Under the pieces are notes generated by a model that was not told the origin of the DNA, did not search any database, and saw only the letters and a list, made by a program, of their open reading frames with translations. Below are positions 62,990-64,000 of a stretch of DNA of 64,000 nt, in pieces. Every line of letters begins with the position of its first letter. Position 1 is the first letter of the stretch. The stretch covers positions 32,001 to 96,000 of IMG/VR virus record IMGVR_UViG_3300020442_000006. One strand, written 5' to 3'. The translations under genes and the position numbers were made by a program. Source of the DNA: a virus.

Positions 62990-63675
62990 TTAATGTAATT
63001 GTTTTCGATTAACCACTTCTTTGTGAGAGGAGTGGGGTTGTAGTGTTCCCACATCGGAGTATCTGATGCACACACTTTAAGTGCGTCAGCAGTTAGATCC
63101 TCTGTGTGACCTGCCCAAAATGCTTCCTTTTCCCAAGGAATTGCTCCAGGGTTTTGAAAATACGTTCTCTCTGCCATATCCTGCCACATTTTAGGAACTC
63201 TGTCCTCTGGGTAGATAATAGCGAGAAGCGAATTCTCAAGGGTGCCTGCCATACAATCCTGAGCAGCGTGCCAACCTTCGTGTCTGACTACTGCCATAAA
63301 CACGTGAGGACGACTAACGTATGCTTCGTTGAGATAGAAGTTATTACTCACAGTGTGGTAAACACCTCTATGTCCAACAGGAAAATACTTTGGACTTGCA
63401 ATATAAACGTTTATTCCTAATTTGTCAAATGACCTTGAAATACTGTCGAATTCTTGTCTAACTACGTTGAAGTTTTGGTTAGAAAAAATCTTTTGAACAT
63501 CGTCCGTATTACGGACCCTTTTTACATCTTCAGTACACTCCTGTAGTAACATACAACCCATAGCATCATTTGTAAACCACCCTTTAGTAATTTTACCTTC
63601 AACGGGTTTTGGTAGTGAATGTGCTGCTACAGGTAAACTCAAACTCAACAATGTCGCCAATAGGACATTACGCAT
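62986..63675 (-). CDS. Signal-peptide-bearing zincin-like protein (229 aa)
   Basis: N-terminal LLATLLSLSLPVAA; RHEGWHAAQDC (HExxH) and a downstream WEKEA. Confidence 0.7.
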   Translation of the reverse strand: MRNVLLATLLSLSLPVAAHSLPKPVEGKITKGWFTNDAMGCMLLQECTEDVKRVRNTDDVQKIFSNQNFNVVRQEFDSISRSFDKLGINVYIASPKYFPVGHRGVYHTVSNNFYLNEAYVSRPHVFMAVVRHEGWHAAQDCMAGTLENSLLAIIYPEDRVPKMWQDMAERTYFQNPGAIPWEKEAFWAGHTEDLTADALKVCASDTPMWEHYNPTPLTKKWLIENNYIK

Positions 63676-64000
63676 ACGAAATCCATCCAGTTACAATAAG
63701 TTTCTTTTCATTGGGAGCAGGAACACCGTGATGAATATGAGTCCAATCAACTGGCCACAGCAATGTCAGTCCCTTTTCGGGTTGAATTGTGAGGTCTTGA
63801 TGCACCCATTGGGTCTCACCGCCTTCTTGCACTGTATTTAGGTAGGTCATCCAGACAAGATGTCTGAAAGATGTAGTCTTATTTGAACCCACTCTTTCGC
63901 AGTGGGGTTGTGAAAATGCTTGCCCTGGTTCATATTCTTGGATATTGAATGGTTCGATAACCTCCAAATCCGCCATTTTTGCCCAAGGATATTGATCAAC
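63668..64000 (-). CDS. 2OG-Fe(II) oxygenase, 5' end beyond the right edge (partial)
   Basis: Frame open to 64000 (VDQYPWAKMADLEV...); PHCER, WMTYLNTVQEGGET, WTHIHHG, KLIVTGW. Confidence 0.85.
   Translation of the reverse strand, partial: VDQYPWAKMADLEVIEPFNIQEYEPGQAFSQPHCERVGSNKTTSFRHLVWMTYLNTVQEGGETQWVHQDLTIQPEKGLTLLWPVDWTHIHHGVPAPNEKKLIVTGWISYA

Noticed and set aside
17387-63420. Plus-strand ORFs in the track, e.g. 34519-35055, 20399-20815, 33670-34017
   Set aside because: All lie antisense to well-supported minus-strand genes and show no recognisable motifs.
1-64000. Introns, inteins, integrase, rRNA or DNA methyltransferase genes
   Set aside because: Core genes are uninterrupted and no such motifs were recognised. 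Absence applies only to this window and to what can be seen by eye.

Overview
64 kb segment of a T4-like marine cyanomyovirus genome (Kyanoviridae-type; Synechococcus/Prochlorococcus phage is inferred from gene content). Every credible gene lies on the minus strand. Reading left to right: (1) a giant ORF of at least 5,403 codons (gp7-like baseplate wedge/structural protein) that runs off the left edge and is therefore missing from the ORF track, then gp6, gp25, a PAAR protein and a 1,143-aa virion protein; (2) two NUMOD4/HNH nuclease genes, an NlpC/P60 gene and a promoter-dense junction that includes two antisense sigma70-type promoters; (3) an AT-rich early-gene region at about 27-35.4 kb, made of small ORFs driven by 12 copies of a palindrome-plus-TATAAT promoter cassette and including a PvuII-fold endonuclease and an SF2 helicase; (4) a tightly coupled run of 2OG-Fe(II) oxygenase genes and two flavin-dependent halogenases directly downstream of glycine-rich tail fibre/adhesin genes; (5) further virion genes, a Cys-less glutaredoxin, tRNA-Thr(UGU), two tandem CpeT-like lyases, a Phd-like protein, psbN and gp5. 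Reading by eye suggests the palindromic 4-mers AGCT, CATG and CCGG are almost absent. All assignments come from motif recognition only; no database search was run. Small ORFs absent from the track were translated by hand.
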